Source: Methanomicrobiales archaeon
GTDB lineage: Archaea > Halobacteriota > Methanomicrobia > Methanomicrobiales > Methanospirillaceae
DNA: 59,320 bases
Direction: 5' to 3'
Assembly: GCA_037137755.1 (NCBI GenBank)
Contig: JBAXJR010000012.1
Coordinates: 1 to 59,320, forward strand
Part shown: piece after piece, positions 9,734-21,310 of the stretch
How the letters are laid out: every line of letters starts with the position of its first letter
Position numbering within the stretch: position 1 is the stretch's first letter
Notes under the pieces: model-generated
What the model was told of the DNA's origin: nothing
Seen by the model: only the letters and a program-made list of their open reading frames with translations
Databases searched by the model: none
Translations under genes and position numbers: made by a program

Positions 9734-12526
9734 TTGGGTGATATTGTGAGCGAATTTAATATGCAACAGTTCGAGGCCACGGCGGGAGAGAAATGGGAGC
9801 AGGTATTCGAGGCAAACCCTTCTGACCGCCCAAAATTTTACATTACGGTGGCATACCCCTATCCAAGCGGCGCAATGCACGTCGGCCATGGGAGGACCTA
9901 CATCGTTCCCGATGTAATTGCTCGTTTCTGGAGAATGCGGGGGTTTGAAGTGCTGTACCCGATGGCGTTCCACGTGACCGGTGCACCGGTCATTGGTATA
10001 TCCAAGCGCATAGCGCGCGGTGATGAGAAGGCAATCCGCCTGTACCGTGACCTTTACAAGGTCCCACCTGATGTGCTGGCACAATTTACCAATCCTCTTG
10101 AAATAGTCCGGCATTTCAGCGAGGAGTACATGCGTGTCATGAAGAGCTGTGGGCTCTCCATTGACTGGCGGCGTAGATTTACCACGGTAGATCCTACCTA
10201 TAGCAAATTTATTGAATGGCAATGGAAGCACCTCGGGGAAGGAAACCATGTCGTAAAAGGTGCCCATCCTGTCCGCTATTGCCCGCAGTGCGAGAACCCG
10301 GTGGGAGACCATGACCTCCTCGAAGGTGACAAGGCCGAGATACTGAAGTTCACCCTTGTGATGTTCCAGTACGGGGACTCACTTATCCCCACCGCAACAC
10401 TTAGGCCAGAAACAATCTACGGGGTCACGAACCTCTGGGTAAACCCTGCCGTTACGTATGTTAAGGTTAAAGTAGACGGCAGCACATGGATCGTCAGCCA
10501 GGAGGCCGCAGATAAGATACTCCTGCAGGACCACACGGTCGAGGTTATTGAACGGATTCCGGGCACCTCACTCATTGATAAGACAGTCTTACACCCGTTA
10601 TGCGGGGAAGTGCCGGTACTACCTGCAGAATTTGTCGATCCCGATATGGCGAGCGGCGTGGTAATGAGTGTCCCGGCACATGCGCCGTTCGATTATATCG
10701 CATTGAGGGACCTCCAGAAGGAAGGAAAATACACTGATATCCAGCCTGTCCCTCTCATCACCGTGCCGGGGTATGGTCAGATCCCGGCTAAAGACGCGGT
10801 AGAACGTGAAGGGATTGAAAACCAGCTTGATTCAAGGATGGAAACCCTGACCCAGGAGGTCTATGCCGCAGAATTCTCATCGGGTAAACTCTTTGATACC
10901 TATGGCGGTAAACCCGTCAGGATTGCCCGCGACGATGTTGCGGTCCTGATGATTGAACAATACGGGTCTACCGTTATGTACGAGTTTGATAACCGTTCGG
11001 TGGTATGCCGGTGCGGGAGTCGTGTATACGTGAAGATCCTGCATGACCAGTGGTTCCTCCAGTACAGCGATCCGGCATGGAAGGCACAGGTATCCGGGCA
11101 CCTGAAAGATATGGCGCTCGTACCCCCGGAAGTCCGCGTGGAATTTGACCGGACTGTTGACTGGCTTAAAGACTGGGCATGCACACGGCGGGTAGGTCTT
11201 GGCACACATCTCCCATGGGACCCGGCATGGCTTATTGAACCGCTCTCAGATTCGACCATTTACATGGCCTATTACACAATTGCTCACCGGATCCGTGAAT
11301 TTGCTCCCGAAATCCTCACCCCTGAAGTCTTCGAGTACATTTTCCTTGGAAAAGAATCTCCAAATCTCCCGGAACGGGAAAAACTCGCGAAAATAAGAGA
11401 AGAATTTCTGTACTGGTATCCCTACAATTACCGGTTCTCGGCAAAAGACTTAATCTCCAACCACCTGACCTTCCAGATATTCCACCATGTTGCTATATTC
11501 CCAAAACCATTACTTCCAAAAGGGATGGTTGTCTTTGGAATGGGACTCCTGAACGGGGCGAAGATGTCATCGAGTAAAGGAAATGTCTTCCTGCTCGAGG
11601 ATGCAGTCCAGGAGTTCGGGGCTGACACGGTGAGGATGTTCCTTGTTGGAAGCGCTGAGCCCTGGCAGGATTTCGACTGGAGAAACGAACTCGTAAGTTC
11701 GACCAAAAAACAGATCGAGAGGTTCTGGTATACCATTATTGAATCTTCCCTGGCTGACGAGGCGGACTGCGAAATTGATTCGTGGCTGATATCGAGGCTC
11801 CAGCACCATATCGGCAGAACAACTGAGTCTCTGATGAAATTCCAGACCCGGCAGGCCTTACAGGAAGCGTTCTTTGGTATCGAGGGAGACCTGAAATGGT
11901 ACCGCCGCAGGCTTTCTGATGGATCGAAGGGCCACGCATCATTAAAAGAACTCTGTTCCGTGTGGATCAGGCTGATGACCCCCATTATCCCATTCACCTC
12001 AGAACAACTCTGGTCTGAAACCGGTGAAATGGGACTGGCCTCCTTTGCAGCGTGGCCGGAAGTGGATGACTCCCGTATTTGTCCAACCATCGAGCTTGCA
12101 GAAGAATTGTTGTCGCGGACGGTGGAAGATATTGAGACGATCATGAAACTGATCCAGATAACCCCGGCCTCGCTAACACTCTGTATTGCTCCCGGCTGGA
12201 AACACGATATATTCAAAACGATTGCCTGCTCGGATGACCGCAGCCAGGTAATCAAGGAGATTATGAAGGATGAGACGATGCGGATGCATGGCAAGGATGC
12301 CACCGATGCTGTAAAGCAGTGCACCACCCTGATCCACCGTCTTCCCCCCCAAATCGTGGAGGCCATTTCCAAAGAGGGACTGGACGAGGAGAATATTTTT
12401 AACAAGGCCAGGTCATTCCTTGAAAAGGAATTCGGTATACCGGTTTCGGTAGTCCCTGCAGATCCCGGGACGTATGCGAAGGCTGCGGCTGCATTGCCAT
12501 TTAAACCAGCGATAATTATCGAGTGA
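9734..12526 (+). CDS. leuS: Leucyl-tRNA synthetase (archaeal type)
   Basis: YPYPSGAMHVGH, ATLRPET, KMSSSKGN, C-terminal ALPFKPAIIIE; start may be GTG 9746. Confidence 0.96.
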   Translation: MGDIVSEFNMQQFEATAGEKWEQVFEANPSDRPKFYITVAYPYPSGAMHVGHGRTYIVPDVIARFWRMRGFEVLYPMAFHVTGAPVIGISKRIARGDEKAIRLYRDLYKVPPDVLAQFTNPLEIVRHFSEEYMRVMKSCGLSIDWRRRFTTVDPTYSKFIEWQWKHLGEGNHVVKGAHPVRYCPQCENPVGDHDLLEGDKAEILKFTLVMFQYGDSLIPTATLRPETIYGVTNLWVNPAVTYVKVKVDGSTWIVSQEAADKILLQDHTVEVIERIPGTSLIDKTVLHPLCGEVPVLPAEFVDPDMASGVVMSVPAHAPFDYIALRDLQKEGKYTDIQPVPLITVPGYGQIPAKDAVEREGIENQLDSRMETLTQEVYAAEFSSGKLFDTYGGKPVRIARDDVAVLMIEQYGSTVMYEFDNRSVVCRCGSRVYVKILHDQWFLQYSDPAWKAQVSGHLKDMALVPPEVRVEFDRTVDWLKDWACTRRVGLGTHLPWDPAWLIEPLSDSTIYMAYYTIAHRIREFAPEILTPEVFEYIFLGKESPNLPEREKLAKIREEFLYWYPYNYRFSAKDLISNHLTFQIFHHVAIFPKPLLPKGMVVFGMGLLNGAKMSSSKGNVFLLEDAVQEFGADTVRMFLVGSAEPWQDFDWRNELVSSTKKQIERFWYTIIESSLADEADCEIDSWLISRLQHHIGRTTESLMKFQTRQALQEAFFGIEGDLKWYRRRLSDGSKGHASLKELCSVWIRLMTPIIPFTSEQLWSETGEMGLASFAAWPEVDDSRICPTIELAEELLSRTVEDIETIMKLIQITPASLTLCIAPGWKHDIFKTIACSDDRSQVIKEIMKDETMRMHGKDATDAVKQCTTLIHRLPPQIVEAISKEGLDEENIFNKARSFLEKEFGIPVSVVPADPGTYAKAAAALPFKPAIIIE

Positions 12527-12689
12527 ACAACCCACCCTGCCTTTTTTTACCCCTTTATCTTCCCTCTCATAGACCCGGGTGTTTGATCAGAATACACCCT
12601 ATGACAGCGGTTAAGACAAAACCCCTCCAGGAAATGGAAGAAACCTGCGGTGTAGGATGCGATCCATGAACGGTTCTGCAATCATAGAA

Positions 12690-12764
12690 CTATCAACCAA
12701 CCAGGGCAGCCTAAGTGTCGGGGTGGAGCCCCGGGGAGCGTAACTAAATTTTGGAAATCACCCC
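12690..12764. repeat. Degenerate intergenic repeat, partial copy C (3' half)
   Basis: CTATCAACCAACCAGGG...GGTGGAGCCCCGGGGAGCG...AAATTTTGGAAATCACCC resembles the ends of copies A and B. Confidence 0.55.
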
Positions 12765-12939
12765 TTCACCAGGACAGATTGGGAAGATGTAATCAAAGAC
12801 TGATTTTTGTAATACGAACGTTTGAATGTTCTCACATAATTGATCAGGGATACAACAAGGAGCCTGATGCACAAAAGGAGGGGAAATCTCCCAGTCCGGG
12901 AAGATGATTATCGGTGTCCGGAAAAAATGTAGATGCTGG

Positions 12940-13251
12940 TTATTCTACCGTTTTTGCTTTTTTAACCCTTTCTTTTGTTGAATAGCCCGTAATGGCATCA
13001 AGGTATTTTCGAAACTTCCTGTTCGTATCAAGGATTGCCTCGTCAGATACCGTGAGGTCTGACTCGGTCCGGATAATAACGGATTTCCCCTCAGCCCCAA
13101 GCGAGGCATCGAGGACCTTGAGTGCCCCGTACCTGATCTGGTAATGCCCATCCTTGTTCTCTGGCTCTACACCGAAGCATTCCTTCAGTTGTTCAACCAT
13201 TGTTGCCGGTAAATTCTTGGAAAATCCCCTCTTCACTGGGTACTCTTGCAT
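12940..13251 (-). CDS. Conserved archaeal protein (DUF5611-like)
   Basis: MQEYPVKRGF...YGAL...DTNRKFRKYLDAITGYSTKER; start at ATG 13251. Confidence 0.75.
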   Translation of the reverse strand: MQEYPVKRGFSKNLPATMVEQLKECFGVEPENKDGHYQIRYGALKVLDASLGAEGKSVIIRTESDLTVSDEAILDTNRKFRKYLDAITGYSTKERVKKAKTVE

Positions 13252-13285
13252 AATACTTTTTAGTAAGGTCGTATATGTTAATCTA

Positions 13286-14014
13286 ATGTCACCAGAAGCT
13301 GGATTTGATATAAAGATTTTTTCAAAACCCCTGAGCACAGAAGGAGCGTCTGTCCTCATGGGATTTCCCGGGAGCGGACTTGTGGGAAGTATTGCCCTTC
13401 AGTACATGGTCGATCAACTGGAATTCCAGCAGATCGGCAGCATGACAAGCAAATTCTTTCCACCGCTAGCCATGATGAACAAAGGTGTCATTAATGTCCC
13501 GGTCCGGATATATGAAAAGGAAAAACTTGTGGTCATCGTTGCCGATATTCCAATCCACCCCATGATATGCTACGAGGTCTCAAACGGGATCATGGACTGG
13601 CTTATGCCATTCAAAATCAAGGAGATTGTCACCATTGCCGGAATAATCACGAATGAAACAGAAAAACGTGTATTTGGAGTTGCCACAACAGAGGCAGACC
13701 TGCCACGTATCCAGGAAAGCACAATAATTCTTCCGATGGGAAGTATATCAGGCATTGCGAGCAGCCTGCTTACGGAGTGTAAGATCAGGGGGATTTCTGC
13801 CTATGGTCTCCTGGGGGAAACAATTAATGCACCTGATCCACGGGCGTCGGCTTCAACAATCGAAGTCCTCAACAAAATGTTCGAAATTAATCTCGATGTC
13901 AAGCCACTGCTTGAACAGGCCGAAGAAATTGAGGCCACGATGCATAAACTTGCGGAAGAAGTCCAATCCCAGGAAACAATACCTAAGAAAGAGAACCTTC
14001 CGATGTATGGGTGA
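13286..14014 (+). CDS. Proteasome assembly chaperone PAC2 family protein
   Basis: GFPGSGLVGSIA, PVRIY, PDPRAS, C-terminal MYG (HbYX motif). Confidence 0.9.
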   Translation: MSPEAGFDIKIFSKPLSTEGASVLMGFPGSGLVGSIALQYMVDQLEFQQIGSMTSKFFPPLAMMNKGVINVPVRIYEKEKLVVIVADIPIHPMICYEVSNGIMDWLMPFKIKEIVTIAGIITNETEKRVFGVATTEADLPRIQESTIILPMGSISGIASSLLTECKIRGISAYGLLGETINAPDPRASASTIEVLNKMFEINLDVKPLLEQAEEIEATMHKLAEEVQSQETIPKKENLPMYG

Positions 14015-14412
14015 ACGACATGGAATGCACAGCACTAACAGGAATTTCTCCCGAGGTGATCAAGGATCTCAGGCTGGGAAAGGCACGGACACTTGAGCTT
14101 CATAGTACTCATAATGTCATCACGCTCAACGGTGTTGAGCCCGGTACACCAATTTTCCTGACATCAATAAACAGGGAAGACCTTGGAATTGGAGACCAGG
14201 GGATTGTCGCAGACATCATCGGGATCACCATTACGATGAAACGGTTGATCGAGTACTCACCGGGAGTTGTATATGAAGAACGGGAACGCTTGTCAGCACG
14301 GGTCAAGGTGAAATTTTGCTGCAACTCTGTAGTGAAAACAGTTACCCAGGACACCATGTTTTCACCTGCCCTTGTTGAGGTGGTAAAGTGCTGCAGTTAC
14401 CATGCAGGATAG
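14011..14412 (+). CDS. DUF473-family protein
   Basis: ALTGIS...RTLELHSTHNVITL, E.ERLSARVKV; GTGA overlap with PAC2. Confidence 0.7.
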   Translation: MNDMECTALTGISPEVIKDLRLGKARTLELHSTHNVITLNGVEPGTPIFLTSINREDLGIGDQGIVADIIGITITMKRLIEYSPGVVYEERERLSARVKVKFCCNSVVKTVTQDTMFSPALVEVVKCCSYHAG

Positions 14413-14531
14413 CAGCAGAACTCCCATTTATTATTCCTTTTTTTTCTCATCCGGGGTAGTAACCCCGCGAGAGTATAGTTCAAACGACGATAGTTACATA
14501 GGATAGCCTGACAAATATTACAGAGCCAATT

Positions 14532-14606
14532 GGGCTTGTGGCTTAGCTTGGACATAGCGCCGGGCTTCTAACCCGGATGTCGAGGGTTCGAATCCCTCCA
14601 GGCCCG
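14532..14606 (+). tRNA. tRNA-Arg(TCT)
   Basis: GGGCTTG/CAGGCCC acceptor stem, CCGGG-CTTCTAA-CCCGG anticodon arm, GGTTCGAATCC T arm. Confidence 0.95.
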
Positions 14607-14730
14607 CTTTTGAACCATTCTGATTTTTTTAATGAGGAGATTCACCGGTTAACCCCGGTAAAATTTCATTCCATGCCTCATCCCTCGTTATCGTAACGGT
14701 AGGTTATGAGATCCCCGGAAAAGACAGTCT

Positions 14731-14822
14731 GCGGGCAGAGTTAACTCCCTGAAATTTTCAGAGATTTGAGGACCTTTAATCCCACCCTGGACAGCCCACA
14801 TGGCGGGAGGGGCTGCTGGAGT
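14731..14822. repeat. Degenerate intergenic repeat, copy D
   Basis: GCGGGCAGAGTTAAC..CCTGAAATTTTCAGAGATT...ATCCCACCCTGG...GGCGGGAGGGG is collinear with copy B. Confidence 0.5.
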
Positions 14823-14928
14823 GTGAGTACATTACAGGGCATCCTTGAGATAGATACGATGGATGTTGAGAGGTGGTGGTCAATAAAAACGCGGAAAAGA
14901 AAAAAATGTGTTTTGGAAGAGAACGGAT

Positions 14929-15384
14929 TTATTCGTTCTCATGGGAGACCAGCTGTACATCCCCTATATTATGCTGTCTTTGCGAGAGTTTTTTCGCCTT
15001 GAAAATATTTTTGCCTTCCTTTCCGATTGCAATACCCCGGTCTTCATCCCGTACCTCAATATGTGCAACCGGTTCACCCGTTTCATCATTTTCGAATTCG
15101 ACAGAGATCACCTGTGCCGGGAGGAAACAGTTTTTCAGGAACTGTGTCGCATCCGTGGAATACTCTACGACTTCGATCTTTCTCCCCATGACTTCTGATG
15201 CCTTTTTAATGCTGGCCCCTTTTTTGCCAATTGCAAGGCCCATTTCCCCTGGGTTAACGACAAAAATAATCCTGTTATTCCGGTCGTCAATGATACAGTC
15301 ACGGCTCCCTGCACCAGTAAGGCGTTCAAACTGGGAGATCAGACCCATGCAGTCTTCAGTCAGTTTGACTTCGACCATTATCAT
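14929..15384 (-). CDS. nusA: Archaeal NusA (KH domains)
   Basis: GLAIGKKG and GIAIGKEGKNI KH motifs; follows rpl30e. Confidence 0.93.
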   Translation of the reverse strand: MIMVEVKLTEDCMGLISQFERLTGAGSRDCIIDDRNNRIIFVVNPGEMGLAIGKKGASIKKASEVMGRKIEVVEYSTDATQFLKNCFLPAQVISVEFENDETGEPVAHIEVRDEDRGIAIGKEGKNIFKAKKLSQRQHNIGDVQLVSHENE

Positions 15385-15671
15385 GCCCTCTTAAGGGAAA
15401 GAATATCTGACTCGCCGGGATCGATTACCGCAAGAGCACTGACCATGAACGGTTTCCCACAGGCCTTGCCAAGCGCAACGCTTGAGCCTTCAAATGTATG
15501 GATAAACAGACCTTCTTTTGTCGTTATGGACTGCAGGAACGTGGGCGGGCAATTTGCTGCCACTACCACGATCTGCGCTTTTCCTGACTCAATACATTTT
15601 TCTGTTTTATTCTGACCGAGAAGGACATCGCCAGTCTTGATCGCCCTTCTTAATGAAGCATTAAAATCCAT
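15381..15671 (-). CDS. rpl30e: 50S ribosomal protein L30e
   Basis: LGKACGKPFMVSALAVIDPGESDIL. Confidence 0.95.
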   Translation of the reverse strand: MDFNASLRRAIKTGDVLLGQNKTEKCIESGKAQIVVVAANCPPTFLQSITTKEGLFIHTFEGSSVALGKACGKPFMVSALAVIDPGESDILSLKRA

Positions 15672-15681
15672 TGCAATTCTC

Positions 15682-16845
<1,164 letters not shown>

Positions 16846-19485
16846 CTATACCTCCTCCTTCAGGACACTTTCTACGATCCCTTTTACGTCCACCGGATCA
16901 CCAAAGCAGCTCTTCATGGGGTCGGTCCCGTCTTCACCATACGTGAACTGGATGATACGACCGCCGGTCGTCCTCACCGTCCCATCATATGCCACTTTCA
17001 GGTCCTGTAATGCATTGATCATCCGCCGCTGCAGGTACCCGCTCTGGGAGGTCCTGACCGCAGTGTCCACAAGCCCTTCACGACCACCAATTGCGTGGAA
17101 GAAGAACTCGGTGGCATTGAGCCCTCCCTTGTAACTGTGTTTAATAAACCCGTGGGCATCAGACCCCCGGTCCCCCTTCTTGAAATGGGGGAGCGTCCGG
17201 TCATCGTACCCTCGCATAATACGCTCTCCACGAACGGACTGCTGGCCGACACAGCCGGCCATCTGGGTCAGGTTAAGCATCGAACCTCTTGCACCACTCA
17301 CCGCCATCACCACGGCGCTGTTCCCCAGCCCGAGGTGACGGCCGGCAATCTCACCAGTCCGGTCACGGGCTTTCCCAAGGACCTGCATGATCTGCATTTC
17401 AAGGGTCTCTTCTGGAGTACGGCCGGGCATAGGTTCAAGCTGACCGTCTTCGTAGATGCGTATCCGTTTTTGTACATCCATCACGGCACCGTCAAGGACC
17501 TCGGCAATCTGCCCGTATTCGGTCTTCGAGAGGTCTTCATCATCGATACCAAACGAGAACCCGTCCAGCATGATCGAGCGGATGGAGAGCTTCGTCATAT
17601 CGTCGATGAAATCTGCGGCACGTTTCATCCCGTTCTGCCGGATGATGCGCTGGACGATCTGGCCGTCAAATGCACCGATTGCCTTCTTATCAATTGTGCC
17701 GGATTTTAGTTGTCCATCGATAATCTGCACATACGCATCCCGTTCACAATCGTCCCGTTTACAGGTATCACAATTTGCACATGAACTTGCCTTGAAGACC
17801 ATGTTCAGACCGTCTGGTAAAATAACGGAGAAGGCCTGCTTGTTGGTCCACATCGGGACCCCGTCCTCTTCCTTAACGGGTGGCGGGAGATGCTCAATGG
17901 TTGTAGACTTCAGCAGGTAGAGGAAATCTTCCCTTGTGAACCAGCGGAGCTGGTTGGTGAGCATGAAGACCCCAGATATATGGTCGTGAATTCCCCCGAT
18001 AATCGGACCACCGAAACGGGGCGAGAGGATATTTTCCTGCACTGCAACAAGTATTGCGGCTTCTGCCCTCGCCTCTTGGGTCTGGGGGATATGGAGGTTC
18101 ATTTCATCCCCGTCAAAATCCGCATTGTATGGCGGACATACTGCGGGGTTCAGCCTGAACGTCTTCCCATCCATTACTTTCACACGGTGGGACATGATGC
18201 TCATACGGTGAAGGGATGGCTGCCGGTTAAACAGGACAATATCTCCATCCCGGAGCTGCCGCTCCACGGTCCAACCCGGCTCAATCATATCAGCAACGGT
18301 ATCGAGGTTTCCTTCCGCGAGGCGGAGCCTGCGTTTATCCGGCCTGATAACATAGTTGGCCCCGCAGGGGTGGTTAAGGGTGGGGCGGTTAGGTCCGTTC
18401 CTGGCCATCGCCTTGAGTTCATCAATATTATTCGGCGCTGCATGCACCGGGATAGACATCTCGTTCGCAATTGCCAGCGGTATCCCGACCTGCACCACGC
18501 TCAAATTCGGGTCAGGGGAGATCACAGTACGTGCGGAGAAATTCACCCTCTTACCGGAGAGCGATCCACGGAAACGCCCGTCTTTTCCCTTGAGTCTTTG
18601 AGAGAGGGTCTTTAATGGCCTGCCACTGCGGTGGCGTGCCGGGGGGCACCCTGCCACTTCGTTATCCATGTAGGTCGTTACATGGTACTGCAGCAGTTCC
18701 CAGAGGTCTTCAATGATCAGCTGGGGGGCTCCTGCGTCCTGGTTTTCCTTGAACCTCTGGTTGATCCTGATGATGTCGACCAGTTTATGGGTCAGGTCAT
18801 CTTCTGACCTCTGACCGTTCTCAAGGATGATAGAGGGTCGCATCGTAACGGGCGGCACCGGCAGCACAGTAAGAATTGTCCATTCAGGTCGTGCCACATC
18901 GGGGTTGATACCAAGGTGCCGCAGGTCCTCGTCGGGGATCTTCTCAAGGCGGGACCTGATGTCAGCGGGTGTCAGCTTGTGCTCGATCTTTTTGCCTTCC
19001 TCAACCTGAACCTCTGAAAATGTCGTAGGCTTCTCGAAGTTGATCTTCAGCTGCTGTTCCCCGCAGTGCGGGCAGACTCTTTCTTTCTTGATGTCTTTTT
19101 CCGACAGCACGTCACCTGTCGCATCTTCCTCGGTCCCGACGACTTTTTCAATCTCCTCGGGGGAAAGAAGGAGCCGTGAACAGCTCTTGCACGTCACACG
19201 GAGGAGTTTCCTGATCAGGCGCGTATACCCGACATGGATGACCGGTTTTGCAAGTTCGATATGCCCGAAATGCCCTGGACATTCGCTTGCCTTCTGGTCA
19301 CAGGTCTTGCATCGCAGGCCTGGGTCAATTACCCCGAGGTTCAGGTCCATAAGTCCCTGCGGATAGGGAAAACCATCATCATCGTAGGTATCAGCCCATA
19401 TGATCTTCCGTACACTCATCGTCCTGATCTCTTTCGGGGATAGCAGGCCGAATTCAATTTTTCCTATTCTTTTTGGGCTTGGCAT
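16846..19485 (-). CDS. rpoA1: RNA polymerase subunit A' (Rpo1N)
   Basis: NADFDGDEMN, CPGHFGHIEL, DTAVRTSQSGY. Confidence 0.98.
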   Translation of the reverse strand: MPSPKRIGKIEFGLLSPKEIRTMSVRKIIWADTYDDDGFPYPQGLMDLNLGVIDPGLRCKTCDQKASECPGHFGHIELAKPVIHVGYTRLIRKLLRVTCKSCSRLLLSPEEIEKVVGTEEDATGDVLSEKDIKKERVCPHCGEQQLKINFEKPTTFSEVQVEEGKKIEHKLTPADIRSRLEKIPDEDLRHLGINPDVARPEWTILTVLPVPPVTMRPSIILENGQRSEDDLTHKLVDIIRINQRFKENQDAGAPQLIIEDLWELLQYHVTTYMDNEVAGCPPARHRSGRPLKTLSQRLKGKDGRFRGSLSGKRVNFSARTVISPDPNLSVVQVGIPLAIANEMSIPVHAAPNNIDELKAMARNGPNRPTLNHPCGANYVIRPDKRRLRLAEGNLDTVADMIEPGWTVERQLRDGDIVLFNRQPSLHRMSIMSHRVKVMDGKTFRLNPAVCPPYNADFDGDEMNLHIPQTQEARAEAAILVAVQENILSPRFGGPIIGGIHDHISGVFMLTNQLRWFTREDFLYLLKSTTIEHLPPPVKEEDGVPMWTNKQAFSVILPDGLNMVFKASSCANCDTCKRDDCERDAYVQIIDGQLKSGTIDKKAIGAFDGQIVQRIIRQNGMKRAADFIDDMTKLSIRSIMLDGFSFGIDDEDLSKTEYGQIAEVLDGAVMDVQKRIRIYEDGQLEPMPGRTPEETLEMQIMQVLGKARDRTGEIAGRHLGLGNSAVVMAVSGARGSMLNLTQMAGCVGQQSVRGERIMRGYDDRTLPHFKKGDRGSDAHGFIKHSYKGGLNATEFFFHAIGGREGLVDTAVRTSQSGYLQRRMINALQDLKVAYDGTVRTTGGRIIQFTYGEDGTDPMKSCFGDPVDVKGIVESVLKEEV

Positions 19486-19495
19486 GATTCCCCTC

Positions 19496-21310
19496 CTACA
19501 CCACGTCCTCTAATTTCAGTCTGGGCGCAATACCCATACTCTTCATCTCATCGAGGAGCAGCTTGAACGCGTAGCTCATCTCGACAGGGTAGATATCGGT
19601 CTCACTCCCGCAAGCCAGACATCGCGTCGAATTGGACTTACGGTCGAGCATCGCAATCATACCGCAATGAGCACAGACGTATTCCTGTACTTTATCGGAC
19701 TCATCGAGAAGGCGCTCTTTCAACGCCATCGCGGCACCATGCCCGATCATCACATCACGTTCCATCTCACCAAACCGGAGACCACCTTCACGGGCCCTTC
19801 CTTCAGTAGGCTGGCGCGTAAGGACCTGTACCGGCCCGCGGGAACGGGCATGCATCTTTGAAGAGACCATGTGGTAGAGCTTCTGGTAATAGATCACACC
19901 GACGTAGATATCGGCGTTGAACTGTTTCCCGGTGATACCATCGTGCATTATCTCACGACCGTTATGGGAGAAACCGAGTTTTTTCAGTGAACCACGTATA
20001 TCTGCCTCGAGCTCACCACTAAAAGCGGTACCGTTAATGCGGCGTCCTTCAAGTGCCCCGACTTTTCCTCCAATCATCTCAAGCATGTGGCCGACAGTCA
20101 TCCGGCTCGGGATAGCATGCGGGTTGATGACCAGGTCAGGTGCAACTCCTGCCTCGGTGAATGGCATGTCTTCCTGGGATGCAATAAGCCCGATTACACC
20201 TTTCTGCCCGTGCCTGGATGCGAACTTGTCTCCTACCTCGGGGATCCTTAAATCCCTTGTACGTACCTTGACCAGGCGGGAGCTGTTTTCACCCTCGGTT
20301 ATGATCACCGTGTCAACAATCCCATGCTCGTTGCTTCGCATGGTAACCGAGGTATCACGCCGCTTTTCGACAGTAATCAGGTCACTGGTCGGCTCTTCCA
20401 GGAATCTTGGCGGAGAGGTCTTCCCGATCAGGACATCCTTTTCAGCGACTACCGTCTCCGGGTTGATCACACCGTCTTCATCGAGATTCTTATAGGAGTC
20501 AGCCCCGTGGGCTCCGGTCACTTCCTCATCTGGCACTTCGATACGGTCAATCTGCCCACCGGGATAACGGCGTTCTTCGCCTTCATAGGTCCTGAAGAAA
20601 TGAGATCTGCCAAGGCCCCGGTCAATCGACGCCTTGTTGAAAATCAACGCATCTTCAATATTGAACCCTTCGTAACTCAGAACGGCAACGACGAAGTTCT
20701 GCCCGGCCGGGCGGTCATCGGAACCGATCAGTTCTGAGGCCTGGGTGTGCGTGAGGGGTTTCTGGGTATAATGGAGAAGATGACCCCGGGTATCAGGCCG
20801 GAGCTTCATATTTGCATCGGCGAACCCGAGCGCCTGCTTGACCATCCCTGCACCCATGGTGACACGCGGACTTGCGTTGTGTTCCGGGAAAGGGACATGT
20901 GCTGCCCCGATACCAAGAATCAGGGAAGGGTCTATCTCGAGGTGGGTGTGCTCAACCGTGATATCTTCCGGGTTGATCGCAATGAAAAGGTCCTCCTCTT
21001 CCTCAGCATCAATCAGCTCAATGAACCCTTTCTGGACGAAATAGTTGAAATTTATCTCGTTCTTACGCAGTTTTTCGATATCATCCGGGGTTATTAGGGG
21101 TTTCCCGTTGTGGAGGACAATCAGCGGCCTTCGTGCCCGGCCCCGGTCGGTATGGATCACGACGTCGTTATTAAATTCCTTGTAGGAGACGTTCACTTCG
21201 GTTGACAACGCACCCTGGCGCCGCATTGCCCGGGTCTGGGCAACCAGTGCCTGGGGATCATCGGCGAGCCCGATCAATGCACCATCAACAAATACTCTCG
21301 ATTTCTTCAT
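19496..21310 (-). CDS. rpoB1: RNA polymerase subunit B' (Rpo2C)
   Basis: [23 protein letters not shown]. Confidence 0.98.
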   Translation of the reverse strand: MKKSRVFVDGALIGLADDPQALVAQTRAMRRQGALSTEVNVSYKEFNNDVVIHTDRGRARRPLIVLHNGKPLITPDDIEKLRKNEINFNYFVQKGFIELIDAEEEEDLFIAINPEDITVEHTHLEIDPSLILGIGAAHVPFPEHNASPRVTMGAGMVKQALGFADANMKLRPDTRGHLLHYTQKPLTHTQASELIGSDDRPAGQNFVVAVLSYEGFNIEDALIFNKASIDRGLGRSHFFRTYEGEERRYPGGQIDRIEVPDEEVTGAHGADSYKNLDEDGVINPETVVAEKDVLIGKTSPPRFLEEPTSDLITVEKRRDTSVTMRSNEHGIVDTVIITEGENSSRLVKVRTRDLRIPEVGDKFASRHGQKGVIGLIASQEDMPFTEAGVAPDLVINPHAIPSRMTVGHMLEMIGGKVGALEGRRINGTAFSGELEADIRGSLKKLGFSHNGREIMHDGITGKQFNADIYVGVIYYQKLYHMVSSKMHARSRGPVQVLTRQPTEGRAREGGLRFGEMERDVMIGHGAAMALKERLLDESDKVQEYVCAHCGMIAMLDRKSNSTRCLACGSETDIYPVEMSYAFKLLLDEMKSMGIAPRLKLEDVV

